Assembly (NCBI GenBank): GCA_051294375.1
Contig: CM119267.1
Span: forward strand, 22,135,486-22,199,485
Direction: 5' to 3'
DNA: 64,000 nucleotides
From: Paraspadella gotoi
Lineage: Eukaryota > Animalia > Chaetognatha
Shown here: positions 51,642 through 63,864 of the stretch, one piece after another
Layout of the letters: the number at the start of each line of letters is the position of its first letter
Position numbering within the stretch: position 1 is the stretch's first letter
The notes under the pieces: generated by a model
The model's input: the letters and a program-made list of their open reading frames with translations, nothing else
Databases searched by the model: none
Told to the model about the DNA's origin: nothing
Translations under genes and position numbers: made by a program

Positions 51642-52310
51642 TCAATCACCATGAAGTTTTTTCCCCCAAAAAAACATGGTGATGGCTTTTCCCGCGAAGT
51701 ATTCTACGACGAATGCTGTGGCGCAAAAGACGAGGAATATCGCTAAGTCGCCGGCGTTGCGAGCCAGCTTTTCCAGCACCGGGTAGATCCAAACTCTGGA
51801 GGGTCCCAGTCCCAAGTAGAGCACGACGGACAGGTAGGTCAATGCGAAGCCGAAGACGACGCAAATTCCCTTCCGGTTGGAGGGGTAGTCGTGCTCGATG
51901 AGGTAGGCGTCGACAACGGCGAAAACGAAGGGCAGGCTGTGCATCGCGTGGTCGTTCCAAACCGGCATGATCTCACGAATCTCCGGCGTGCTCACAGAGT
52001 CCGGATCGAAGACGGAGAGGCCCCAATAGAGTGTGCACACCAGCAGGCCGAGTGGGAAGAAGAGCGAGGCGTGAAGGAGGTCGACGAGAGACTTGAAGCG
52101 ACGCCGTTTCGACGCCAGATGAATCGAGACGAGGGCGAAGTAAAACACGTCCAACGAGTAGTTCCAAAGGGTCATATACTTAAGCTTTCCAGGAAAACCG
52201 AGAAAAGTCAGGAAGTTGCCGCCGGGAAAGTTAACGTAGACGAGATTATAGTAAAGGTTAAAAAAATGAAAAGCGAAGCCCGCCATGTACAAGTAGCCGA
52301 GTCTCTCCAT
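51642..52310 (-). CDS. AIG1/ADTRP (FAR-17a) family hydrolase, copy 1
   Basis: Multi-TM protein with GKLKYMTLWN (catalytic Thr), NDHAMHS (catalytic His) and WIYPVL. Confidence 0.9.
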   Translation of the reverse strand: MERLGYLYMAGFAFHFFNLYYNLVYVNFPGGNFLTFLGFPGKLKYMTLWNYSLDVFYFALVSIHLASKRRRFKSLVDLLHASLFFPLGLLVCTLYWGLSVFDPDSVSTPEIREIMPVWNDHAMHSLPFVFAVVDAYLIEHDYPSNRKGICVVFGFALTYLSVVLYLGLGPSRVWIYPVLEKLARNAGDLAIFLVFCATAFVVEYFAGKAITMFFWGKKLHGD

Positions 52311-52605
52311 CGTTATTTTGTAACGGAATTTTTATATGAGAATGATCTGAAGAAACCTAAAAAAAGCGCAGAGCCCAAAAAATAAATATTCAGTTAAAAA
52401 TTCACTAAAACGATGCACTATGTTAATAAGAAAATGTTAAAATATAAATACTACTTGTAGTCCTGTACGTTATCAAAAAAGAAACATACTCAACTCAGAA
52501 TTAACAAAGAATGTCATGGCGCTTTCATCACCAGTTCTTACTTTATACGGATTTTAAATGGGTCTGAAATGAAAAGAATTGTTATAACTAGTAACTGACT
52601 GATTA

Positions 52606-52659
52606 TGTTGGACATAAACTCTCGTCGTGATCCGTCGATCTTATTTACCTTTTGTAAAA
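52606..52659. repeat. 54-nt dispersed repeat, copy 1 (second copy at 61173-61226)
   Basis: TGTTGGACATAAACTCTCGTCGTRATCCGTCGATCTTATTTACCTTTTGTAAAA, with one mismatch between the copies. Confidence 0.9.
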
Positions 52660-53494
52660 GTCTTTAAAAATATAAACAATCGATATTTGTTTACAAACAA
52701 TACAGTTCATTGTTATTTTAATGCTTTGTTCAATAATGATTCCATTCGTTACAGATCGCATTAATATTAATTGGCCATCGTCGGAGTTTATACGGTTTAT
52801 TTATGTGGTTGTTTGTTTGTGTGGTTATTGGTTCATTTGATTAGTGGCTCGGCCGAGCTTACCTGAGAGGTTTTTATTTATTGATTCATCACCGATGCTT
52901 GTTTCTGCTTCTCTAGATTTGATCCTTAAAGACTCGATCCTACATGCGTTATAGATACTCTCAGAAGGGTGAGCAACTGACGGAAAACCCCGCTCATCAA
53001 TTATAATTAATATTTGACCATTAAATAAAAATTTATTAAGAACTCGTGCAGGATTTTTTTCACAACTTTTTCTCCCTCTTAATTGATAGACTGTAAGCTC
53101 ATTGAGCTGAAAATATAAATTTTTTCATACTTATTTGTTAATTGAATGTCTCGGAAGAAAAATATTCTCATTAATATACATTAATGTACTTTAATATATT
53201 CTACTTTGTAGTCTTAACCCTCAACAATAACGAATCATAAATAACCTTAATCCCATATCAAATTATCCTCTCCAGTCTCCACCCCTTTCTGTTCAGACTT
53301 TTAAATATATTCAATTTTCAATAAATGACTTCTTTACAAGAATGATGTCTAATATTTAATTAGAAAACTAGGGCAGAAAGTAACTTTTAACCTTGGGTTG
53401 TAAAGATGCTTCCTCTATTTCCAGAAGACAACACAAACATCCCTCTCCCATTACATTATAAAAGATTGTAAAGAACAAATATAAGAAAGAAGGC

Positions 53495-53714
53495 TTTAGG
53501 AGAAAAAACAATTTATTTGTTTTTATCAACGAATTGTATTATTGGTAAGACATGTTTCGACTCTTGAGTTTTAGAGTCTTCATCAGTTAAACTCTAAACT
53601 CTAAAACTCAAGAGTCGAAACATGTCTTACCAATAATACAATTCGTTGATAAAAACAAATAAATTGTTTTTTCTCCTAAACTTCAAAACGCAACGAAATT
53701 GATAGTTTATACAC
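53495..53714. mobile_element. Penelope-like element (PLE) palindromic pLTR fragment with 12-bp target-site duplication
   Basis: Perfect 83-bp inverted arms (53495-53577 / 53598-53680), a 34-nt 3' tail, flanking direct repeat AAGAAAGAAGGC (53483-53494, 53715-53726), and a hammerhead core at the centre. Confidence 0.8.
53546..53589 (-). ncRNA. Minimal type I hammerhead ribozyme motif
   Basis: TAA-CTGATGA-A-GACTC(10-nt loop)GAGTC-GAAA-CATG-TC-TTA: full core, 5-bp stem II, palindromic minimal stem III and a GUC cleavage triplet. Stem I is only about 3 bp. Confidence 0.75.
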
Positions 53715-53943
53715 AAGAAAGAAGGCATAATTTTACTTTCGCCGACTGGGGTTAGTGGGGGTTTAGGGGTGATTTAAGGTTAAATCTAAAATAACAAACG
53801 TTTACATTCATTTTAAATTTAATACAATTTAGTGTAATATAGTAAAACAAATAAGCTTACAATTTTTCAGATATTAATATTAATATACTTTCGCAAAAAT
53901 ATTCATCTAAAATTCATACATTTTTTAAATAATTCTTTTCATT

Positions 53944-54636
53944 TCAGTCCCATTTTAAATCCGTGTACTCTTTTTGCGATATTCTGTTCCGCCAAAAAAA
54001 CCAATTCAAACCTTTACCGATATAATACATAAATAAGAAGGCCAGAAAACAACCAATACAAAATAGAGATAGAGCGGTCAGGTTGCGGGACAGTTTCTCC
54101 AGCACCGGATAAACCCACAAATGTGACGGGCCAAACCCCAGATATATTATCATGATCAAGTAAAGCATGGCGATCCCAGACATCACAGTCAGACCCGTTT
54201 TATCAGAAGGATAGTCATGTTTTATGAGATAAGCGTCAGCAAGAATAAAAACGGCAGGTAGGCTGTGCATGGCGTGGTTATTCCAAGCTGGCTGGATCAT
54301 CCGGATTTGCTTTCTGGTGACTGAATCAGAATCTATTATGGAGAGAACCCAGTAAAGAAAGCACACAAGAAGCCCAAGAGGAATAAAAAGAGAAGCATGG
54401 ATTACATCGATTGCAAATTTCAAGCGTCGCAGATTCATAACCAGGTGGAGAGAGACGAGACCAAAATAAATTACGTCGAGAAAATAGCTCCATAAAGTCA
54501 TGTATTTTAGTTTGCCGGGAAATCCGAGAAAATTTAAAAAGTTTTCGTCGGAAAAGTTGACATAGACAAGATCGTAAGAAAGGTTGAAAAGATGAAATGC
54601 GAAAGCGAAAATGTAGAAACAGGCCAGAATTTCCAT
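53944..54636 (-). CDS. AIG1/ADTRP (FAR-17a) family hydrolase, copy 2
   Basis: GKLKYMTLWS, NNHAMHS and WVYPVL; colinear with copies 1 and 3. Confidence 0.9.
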   Translation of the reverse strand: MEILACFYIFAFAFHLFNLSYDLVYVNFSDENFLNFLGFPGKLKYMTLWSYFLDVIYFGLVSLHLVMNLRRLKFAIDVIHASLFIPLGLLVCFLYWVLSIIDSDSVTRKQIRMIQPAWNNHAMHSLPAVFILADAYLIKHDYPSDKTGLTVMSGIAMLYLIMIIYLGFGPSHLWVYPVLEKLSRNLTALSLFCIGCFLAFLFMYYIGKGLNWFFWRNRISQKEYTDLKWD

Positions 54637-55129
54637 ATTTTAGTTTAGTTTTGGAATGTATGAAAATTTATCTATAAAACTAAGAGCCAGACAAGCGGTA
54701 AACGAAAAATTCCAAAAACCCCAAGCAAAGCGAGTACGCAGTTTATGTCGAGCAAAGATTCTAAAATTTTTTTTTTTTTAATTTAAATTTAATTTAGATA
54801 TATAACTAATGACTCATTAATAGTAATGAGCTTCTTATAAGATTAGAGACTTTATTCTGAAAATTCGTTTTTTTGTTTGTTTTTGTTTTATGAAAGGAAC
54901 TTTGCTAATTATAATTAGAACCGTTAATTATCTTCATTCTGTGTAAATTTTTTGATATGAAGAAGAATCCCGAAAATGCTATGTAACTTCCAAATTCGTA
55001 TTTACGTAACTTTCCATACAAGCACCAAGTTAAAAACGATCACAGATCCGAAACCAGTTAATAAAAAAACTGTGTATAAAAAATTTAAAAATAAATGGAA
55101 ACATAAAAAAGTAATTTGTGCCAAGCAGT

Positions 55130-55813
55130 TTAGTCTTTGATTTTCTGCGAGGTTTTGCGGTGCCAAAAAAACAAGGTAAAACCCTTGCCGGCGTAATACT
55201 CCAAAACGAAGGCTATAAAGCAGCCAATAAAAAATAATGTCAGATCGGTCGCATTACCGGAAAGCTTTTCCAAAACGGGATAAGCCCACAGCTTTGACGG
55301 GCCCAGTCCGAGATACAAAAGGCTGGCGATGTAAAATGAGGCAACTCCGGATACCACAGACAGACCGAAGAAGTCGGAGGGATAATCGTGTTTGACCAAA
55401 AAAGCGTCGGCAACTACAAACGCCACCGGAAGGGTGTGCATCGCGTGGTCGTTCCAAGCCGGTTGGAATCTGCGCCGAATCTCGTAGGTCGAAATGGACT
55501 CGGGATCGACGGCAGAGATTCCCCAGAAGAGCGAACACACCAAAAAGCCGAAAGGGAAAACGAGGGTGGCATGGAGGAGATCGACGAGCCGCTTCAAGCG
55601 AACACGGTTGGACGACAAATGGAGGCAAACCAGACCGAAGTAAATCGTGGCGACGAAATAGTTCCAGTTGGTCAGGTATTTCAATTTTCCGGGGTACCCG
55701 TAAAATGTGAGAAAATTTTCCCCGGGTAAGTTGACGTGAGCGAGATTGTAGTAAAGGTTGTAAGCGTGAAATAAAAATGTGAAGTGATAAAAGGCGGCGA
55801 GAAAGCGATCCAT
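55130..55813 (-). CDS. AIG1/ADTRP (FAR-17a) family hydrolase, copy 3
   Basis: GKLKYLTNWN, NDHAMHT and WAYPVL. Confidence 0.9.
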   Translation of the reverse strand: MDRFLAAFYHFTFLFHAYNLYYNLAHVNLPGENFLTFYGYPGKLKYLTNWNYFVATIYFGLVCLHLSSNRVRLKRLVDLLHATLVFPFGFLVCSLFWGISAVDPESISTYEIRRRFQPAWNDHAMHTLPVAFVVADAFLVKHDYPSDFFGLSVVSGVASFYIASLLYLGLGPSKLWAYPVLEKLSGNATDLTLFFIGCFIAFVLEYYAGKGFTLFFWHRKTSQKIKD

Positions 55814-56378
55814 GACTACAAAAAAATAAGAGAAATGCGGAGTAAAGAAAATTAAGTAGCGCGAATTATATCAGAATGCCGAGATACCGGAATATTCACC
55901 AACAAAAAATAACTCATAGCACCACTTGCGAGCGTGCGTAATAACAAATCACAGAAAATACCTAGAGGTACCACAGTTTTTTAAAATACGCATAATTTAG
56001 GAAATACATAATAAAAAAATATGTAAATGGATGGAATGATTTTAAGTACATTTCAATTAATGTAGACAACTACGTACATATACAGTCTTGTTTAAAAAGT
56101 CCGTTTCCGATACGTATGTAAATCGGTAAAAAAAAAAATTTAAAAAAAAAAACAATTTTTTAATAAAAAAATAAATAATTTTTCTCTAAATTCTTATTTT
56201 TGAGTCACCGCACATCGCAGTGAATGCAACAAAAATCATTAAAAAAAATTCGTAATCTTTTAATAGAAACATATTTAAAAATTGTAAGCTTCATATGTGC
56301 TGAATAAATTTTACACAAATATGAAAAATGGTGTTACCTACATATTTTCACCAAAATTAAAGGCACAAAGGTTAACCA

Positions 56379-59300
56379 TTAAACTCCAAAACCCTGCGCT
56401 TTGCACATTCTCCTGTACGGTCCGTCCTTTCGAATTAACTCCCTGTGAGTCCCCGACTCGCTGACTTTGCCGTCGGCGATAACGACGATGACGTCGGCAT
56501 TGACGATCGTCGATAGTCGATGCGCAATGACGACGCGCGTCATCTTATTCCGCGTCGCGTAATCGTCCAGCGCCGCAATCAGCGCAGCTTCCGTCCGCGA
56601 ATCCAAAGCGCTCGTCGCCTCGTCCAAGATTAGAACAACGGGTCGGCGTAGCAACGCCCGAGCCAAAGCCACTCGTTGGCGCTGCCCACCCGAAAGGGCG
56701 CGACCCTTGGGGCCAACGTCACGATGAAAGCCGTCCGGATGAGTCATGATCCAATCGTGGATCTGGGCGATTTTGGCAACGGCGATGACAGCGTCCATGT
56801 CGTACTCCGTGGATTCCAAGCCGTAAGCGACGTTTTGCAGGACGGACCCTCGGAACAGAAACGGTTCCTGCTGCACGTAGGCGACGCGACGCCGCAAGAA
56901 ACCGGCGCTGCATGTTCGGACGTCGTTTCCCTCAAAAGTAAGGAATCCGTCGGTTGGATCGTAAAAACGCGCCAGGAGTTGAACGGCAGTGGACTTACCG
57001 CAGCCCGAAGGACCGACCAAGGCCAGGCTTCTGCCTCTATTGATTGAGAGTGTCAGTCCGCGAAGGATTTTGGCTTTAGGTCGAGTAGGGTAAGTAAAGC
57101 GGACCGAGTGAAAAGAGATGAGATCTTGAGATTCGTATGTCTCTTCTATGTTGTCGGCGTTTGGCGGAGGCTGCGGTGCCATGCCGTGAACGAATCCACG
57201 CGCCTCTAAGACCTCGTCGATTGTCTTTAATAGTCTACCCGCCGCCATCTTGGCCTGGGCGTAGTTTGGGGTCAGCGTTGACGCTTCGGCGATCGCCTGT
57301 GAAGAAAACACGATCGCTGCGAAGACGGTGATCACCTGGAGGTAGCACATTTGGCACGTGTCCACGAGCCACGCGGCAAAATAAAAACATCCAGCCGTCA
57401 CAAAGAGCAAGATGGATTGAGAATAAGCGTAGGCCATTGCGTGGAAAAAGGCGCGATTAAAGGACTCTCGTCGACCCAGGACCAAGCGGCACTTGAAATC
57501 GGCCTCCCGCGTCGTTTCGAGACTGAGCGAGGAAACGGTGCGGATGCTCTCGATCGACTCCGCGGCCAAGGCCAGGGCCTCCTCCTCCTGCTCCGACGCC
57601 GCCACGCCCGAGTCGCGCTGAAGGAACTGGAATTCGAGGAAGCCGCCAAGAGCAAGGAAGGGAAAAGTGGCCAGCATCAATAGCGCCAGTTTCCAGCCAA
57701 AGAAGGCGGCGACAACAACGGAGAAGATGAGGTTGCAAAGGCATTCGACGAGGCGACCAATGCGGATGCCCGTCATACCCTGGACCAGAGAGCAATCGGT
57801 GGAGAGGCTCGTTGCAAGTTTATTGACCGCATTTTCGGGAAAGTCGTACCACGAGATCTCTTTGTGAAGAAGGGCAGAGAAAAACTGTGAGCGAAGTCGG
57901 GAGGTGAGTGCTTGACCGCTGCGTCCAAAAAAGTAGCCCTGGAGACCGTGGGCGATTAGGTCAACTATGCCAATGACCAGGAAAATAACCACGAAGAGAA
58001 CGACCCTGTCCAAGCTCTCTGAGGAGGGGTTGGATAGGAGTTCTAGGTTTTGAGCAAAGACGACGGCGAAGGTGGGAAAGACGGCGCCGACGACGAAGGA
58101 ACTAAAACAACCCATGACTATGGAAGAGAGTTCGCTCCCGTTGAGACGAAAGAGTCGACTCCATTTGGCCGTGGCTTCGATCTCCTCGTCGTCGTCATCG
58201 AAAGCGGGAAAGTCTGTCTCGTCGTAGTCGGGTTCGCTGGTAATGGAAAGGGGTCTTGCCAGGGGAAAGGGTGAACCGACGCTCGAATGCCGACGTCTCT
58301 TCCAGCTTCTTCTCTTGACGGAGACGGCGGTGCTCTCGCCCCGCACGGGACGTTTCGAGCGGCGAAAAGATTTTTTTAACTTGTTAGACAATCGGCGAAC
58401 GATGCTGGACGGTCTTTCCTGAAAACCCGGGACATAGTGGACGGCGTCGGGGTCGTCTTCATCTTCTTCGAGCGATGTCAATTGCTGATTGAAGACGAGA
58501 TTTTGATATTTTCCATTTTCGATTCCCATGAGTTCGTCGTGACTTCCGCTCTCAACGATCCCGCCATCGTCGAGAACAAAGATCACGTCCGCGTTTCGCA
58601 CCGTGGAGAGTCGGTGAGCGACGACAATGATTGTCCGTTTGCGGTCGGCCTGCGCATCCTCCAACGCATCCTGGATCACTCGTTCGCTCACACTGTCAAG
58701 CGCCGAAGTGGCTTCGTCAAGCAGCAAAACGGACGCGTCAGAGAGAAAAGCACGGGCGAAGGCAAGCCGCTGCTTCTGGCCGCCGCTGAGCCGCGCGCCG
58801 CCGTTGTCGCCCACGACAGTTTGCTCCTTGTGCGGAAGCCGATGCACAAATCCGGAGGCATTGGCGGCGGCGAAGGCGTGACGGATGTCTTCAGACGAAG
58901 CGCGAACGTTTCCCAACTTGACGTTTTCCTCGATGGAAGATTGAAAAAGTTCAGGACGTTGAAAGACGATGGAAAATTGCTTCCGCAACCAAGGAACGTT
59001 AAGATCCTTCAGGGGAACCCCGTCAAAAAGAATTCGGCCGCGAAAGGGATCGTAAAAGCGAAGCAACAAATGCAGAACGCTGCTTTTGCCAACGCCAGAT
59101 GCTCCAACTATTGCTACGGTTTGACCGCGACGCACGCTCATATTCAGCCCTCGAAGAACGGACGATTCGGCGCCAGGGTAACAAAAGTGAACGTCTTGGA
59201 ATTCGATTAAAACTCGATCGGAATGACGGCGCTCTTTGGGTTTGTATCCCCGCTCCGAGAAACAGTCAATTGTCGGTCGCGAATCGATAATGTCGAAGAT

Positions 59301-60689
59301 TTTGGCGGCAGCCGACCTCGACACGTTGAGGTCGCCCAACATCTCCATCATCTGCGCCACGTATTGAGCGCCGAATATTACGGCGAAAAAGACGCTGAGG
59401 AACTCCTCATCGCCGAAGGTTGGATCCTCCACAGAGAGTTTGGTGCCATACCAGAGACCAAGGCCAAATCCGGCAAAGAGTGTAAAGTTGACGAAACCCA
59501 GCGCGAAGCCCGTCAATGCATTCTTTTTTACGCCGTAAGAGTCAGCGACGTTTAGTCGTTTATCGTAGCGACGCTGCTCAAATTCTGCCGCGTCGTGGGA
59601 GACGACGGTTCGAATTCCAGCCAGAGCCTCGTCGGCAACCTCGGCCGCCTCTCGGTAGCTCTCCATCTCGCCGCTGGTCAAGTGAGAACCGATGAGCGAG
59701 CTGACGACGAACGAGAAGACGATGAGGGGAACAAAGGCCAGCATGACGAGCGTCAATTTCCAGCTGGAGACGAAGGCCATCACGATGTTGCCGGTAAAGA
59801 GGGCCGCAGACATGATGGCCACGGCAAGTTTGTCGCCGATGCCGTCACGGACGAGGGCCACGTTCGCGACCATGATGTGAGTCAAGGCGCCGGTCCCGCG
59901 CCTATCGTAAAATGACATGTCCATGCGGAGCAGGGCGCGAAAAAGGTGAGTGCGGAGGGCGTGGATCTGGCGTTCGGCGGCGATGGACCAAAAAGCCGTT
60001 TGCACGGCCGAGGAGAGAAAGGTGGCCACGCCCACAAAGCAGATGTATTTAGCTTGAACCCCCATTTGATTCCGCGCCAAAGTGCTATTGCCGTCGCAGG
60101 TGGCATCGCAATCGCGACCGTTGCTGGACACTATGCCATTCATGGAACCGAAGATGAGGAGGAAGAGAGGAAAGGTGGCCCCATTGACGATGGCTCCGAG
60201 AGTTCCGAGGGCCACAAAGAGCATGTCATATCGATCGGCGAAGCGGAAAAGTTTACGGAGTGGTACAGGAGTAGCGAATTCGTTAGAAAAGGAGGCGGAA
60301 ATATCGCCCCGATTATCGTGTTGCGAAGGATCGGCGGTGACCTTGGCATTTCGGTTATAGTTGTGGTCGAGATCGACGGATGGATTGACGCTGCCGCGGC
60401 CCGAGGAGATGCGAGAAGTCCTTCGTGAGACGGCGTCCTCGATCCCATCGCCCGCGTCTTCCGCGACGAACGCCGGGTTGAAGAGCGGACCCTGCCAGAC
60501 CTGGTAGGACGTCTCGTCGTCGCGCGGGGACCGAGGCAGAGACGGCGGCGGATTCCCAAGGGACGGAACGTCGGCAAAGGAGCCGTAGTCCGAGTCAGGT
60601 TGAGACGTTGGGCGCGCGATCGAGTGACGGAGTGGACGTAAATGGCGGACGCCCATGAGACGAGGCTGAGCGGGAGGCGGGTCCGACAT
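56379..60689 (-). CDS. ABCB1: ABCB-family full transporter (P-glycoprotein/MDR-like), intronless, 1436 aa
   Basis: TMD-NBD-TMD-NBD layout with LFRFAD, Walker A GASGVGKS / GPSGCGKS, signatures LSGGQKQR / LSGGQRQR, LLDEATSALD and AHRLST. Confidence 0.93.
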   Translation of the reverse strand: MSDPPPAQPRLMGVRHLRPLRHSIARPTSQPDSDYGSFADVPSLGNPPPSLPRSPRDDETSYQVWQGPLFNPAFVAEDAGDGIEDAVSRRTSRISSGRGSVNPSVDLDHNYNRNAKVTADPSQHDNRGDISASFSNEFATPVPLRKLFRFADRYDMLFVALGTLGAIVNGATFPLFLLIFGSMNGIVSSNGRDCDATCDGNSTLARNQMGVQAKYICFVGVATFLSSAVQTAFWSIAAERQIHALRTHLFRALLRMDMSFYDRRGTGALTHIMVANVALVRDGIGDKLAVAIMSAALFTGNIVMAFVSSWKLTLVMLAFVPLIVFSFVVSSLIGSHLTSGEMESYREAAEVADEALAGIRTVVSHDAAEFEQRRYDKRLNVADSYGVKKNALTGFALGFVNFTLFAGFGLGLWYGTKLSVEDPTFGDEEFLSVFFAVIFGAQYVAQMMEMLGDLNVSRSAAAKIFDIIDSRPTIDCFSERGYKPKERRHSDRVLIEFQDVHFCYPGAESSVLRGLNMSVRRGQTVAIVGASGVGKSSVLHLLLRFYDPFRGRILFDGVPLKDLNVPWLRKQFSIVFQRPELFQSSIEENVKLGNVRASSEDIRHAFAAANASGFVHRLPHKEQTVVGDNGGARLSGGQKQRLAFARAFLSDASVLLLDEATSALDSVSERVIQDALEDAQADRKRTIIVVAHRLSTVRNADVIFVLDDGGIVESGSHDELMGIENGKYQNLVFNQQLTSLEEDEDDPDAVHYVPGFQERPSSIVRRLSNKLKKSFRRSKRPVRGESTAVSVKRRSWKRRRHSSVGSPFPLARPLSITSEPDYDETDFPAFDDDDEEIEATAKWSRLFRLNGSELSSIVMGCFSSFVVGAVFPTFAVVFAQNLELLSNPSSESLDRVVLFVVIFLVIGIVDLIAHGLQGYFFGRSGQALTSRLRSQFFSALLHKEISWYDFPENAVNKLATSLSTDCSLVQGMTGIRIGRLVECLCNLIFSVVVAAFFGWKLALLMLATFPFLALGGFLEFQFLQRDSGVAASEQEEEALALAAESIESIRTVSSLSLETTREADFKCRLVLGRRESFNRAFFHAMAYAYSQSILLFVTAGCFYFAAWLVDTCQMCYLQVITVFAAIVFSSQAIAEASTLTPNYAQAKMAAGRLLKTIDEVLEARGFVHGMAPQPPPNADNIEETYESQDLISFHSVRFTYPTRPKAKILRGLTLSINRGRSLALVGPSGCGKSTAVQLLARFYDPTDGFLTFEGNDVRTCSAGFLRRRVAYVQQEPFLFRGSVLQNVAYGLESTEYDMDAVIAVAKIAQIHDWIMTHPDGFHRDVGPKGRALSGGQRQRVALARALLRRPVVLILDEATSALDSRTEAALIAALDDYATRNKMTRVVIAHRLSTIVNADVIVVIADGKVSESGTHRELIRKDGPYRRMCKAQGFGV

Positions 60690-61172
60690 GGTGCTGGACG
60701 GAATCGATCCCGAGGATCAGAAATAATTGTTTTTTCTTCAAAATTTCCAAGTCGCATTATGAAGCCATAGTTAAAAACTGGCAATCGCCTTCTACTTAAT
60801 TATCAAGAACACATTTTTTTGCTCAGTTGTCCCACATTCTGGCAGTCATCAAAATTAGAGTAATTGTTCAGTGACGGGGTCATTTTCTGCAATAAAATAT
60901 ATCAAGAGCGAATAAAAATCAGTTAGTAGTAACTGCTTAGCAATAATAAATTTGAGTATTGCACAAAGAAAAATACCGAGTAAAATATCACGTCAATAAA
61001 ACTATCACAGCAAAAAGTGCCAACACAATTATAAATAGCTTGCAAAATAAAAAAGTCAGTTAAAAATAAATAACAAAAGAGTAAACCTTGTAACAAAAGT
61101 GAAAAATAAGCATAATAAATTTAACTAGTATAATTAAATTTAAATAAAAAATTATGAACTATGGAGTAGCTT

Positions 61173-61226
61173 TGTTGGACATAAACTCTCGTCGTAATCC
61201 GTCGATCTTATTTACCTTTTGTAAAA
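61173..61226. repeat. 54-nt dispersed repeat, copy 2
   Basis: Near-identical to 52606-52659 and in the same orientation. Confidence 0.9.
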
Positions 61227-61634
61227 AACAACCTTAAACAGGCAGTATTAATAATCATTATTGAATTTTACAGAAATAAAAATAATAGCTTAAAAATTGT
61301 AAAAGCTACAACAGGAATTCAAATCTATAAATATTTAAAATTTATTTTTAATAACAATTAATGAATTATTTTGAAGATAATAACATGAAATTGAAAGCTC
61401 ATGTTCAACGTGAAAGATAACCCATTAACCTTTTAAAGTTTTATTAGACATATACTATAAGAAATACAGTCTTGAGGAATTTTTAAAAAATATTATCAAT
61501 TTAACCGATTCTAAATTAATTTCGAAAAAAGACAAAAAGTAACAAATAAAACATTCTCCGTTGAGTGCCGATTAATAACTTAATATTAATAAATAATACG
61601 TCCAATGTCCATAACGCAGTACGCAGACTTTTTT

Positions 61635-63509
<1,875 letters not shown>

Positions 63510-63864
63510 TTTTTCTCTTTTTTTTTATGCTTCTATTCCTTGAGTTTTGGGAAATAAAAGTCATGAGCTACGATGGAATGAAAAAATAAGAAAAAACGCG
63601 ATCGGCTTAAAAAAACCATCGAAAAAGCTACTGGAATAAAAACTTATCACAGATGTGGTTTAGTATCACAATGCCTTTTCGACTGGAAAAATCCAGAACC
63701 ATATGTACGTGGAAGCGTTAGAAAGGAACAATGAAAATAAAATCAAGTTGTATATATAATGCTGCAACAAAATACAAACTTTTGTTGAAATAGAAAACAT
63801 CTGAAGTAACTAATTTTTTTATATATATATATTATATAATATATATATATTTAAGATTAAAGAC

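Noticed and set aside
52606-52659. The 54-nt repeat as an SL RNA gene
   Set aside because: It has a donor-like AG|GT, but the sequence 5' of it is conserved for only about 10 nt between copies and no shared Sm site follows.
52950-53000. TGATGA...CTGA on the minus strand with short pairings (snoRNA or pseudoknot candidate)
   Set aside because: The boxes are only about 35 nt apart with no convincing terminal stem or target. An Infernal/Rfam search would be needed to support it.
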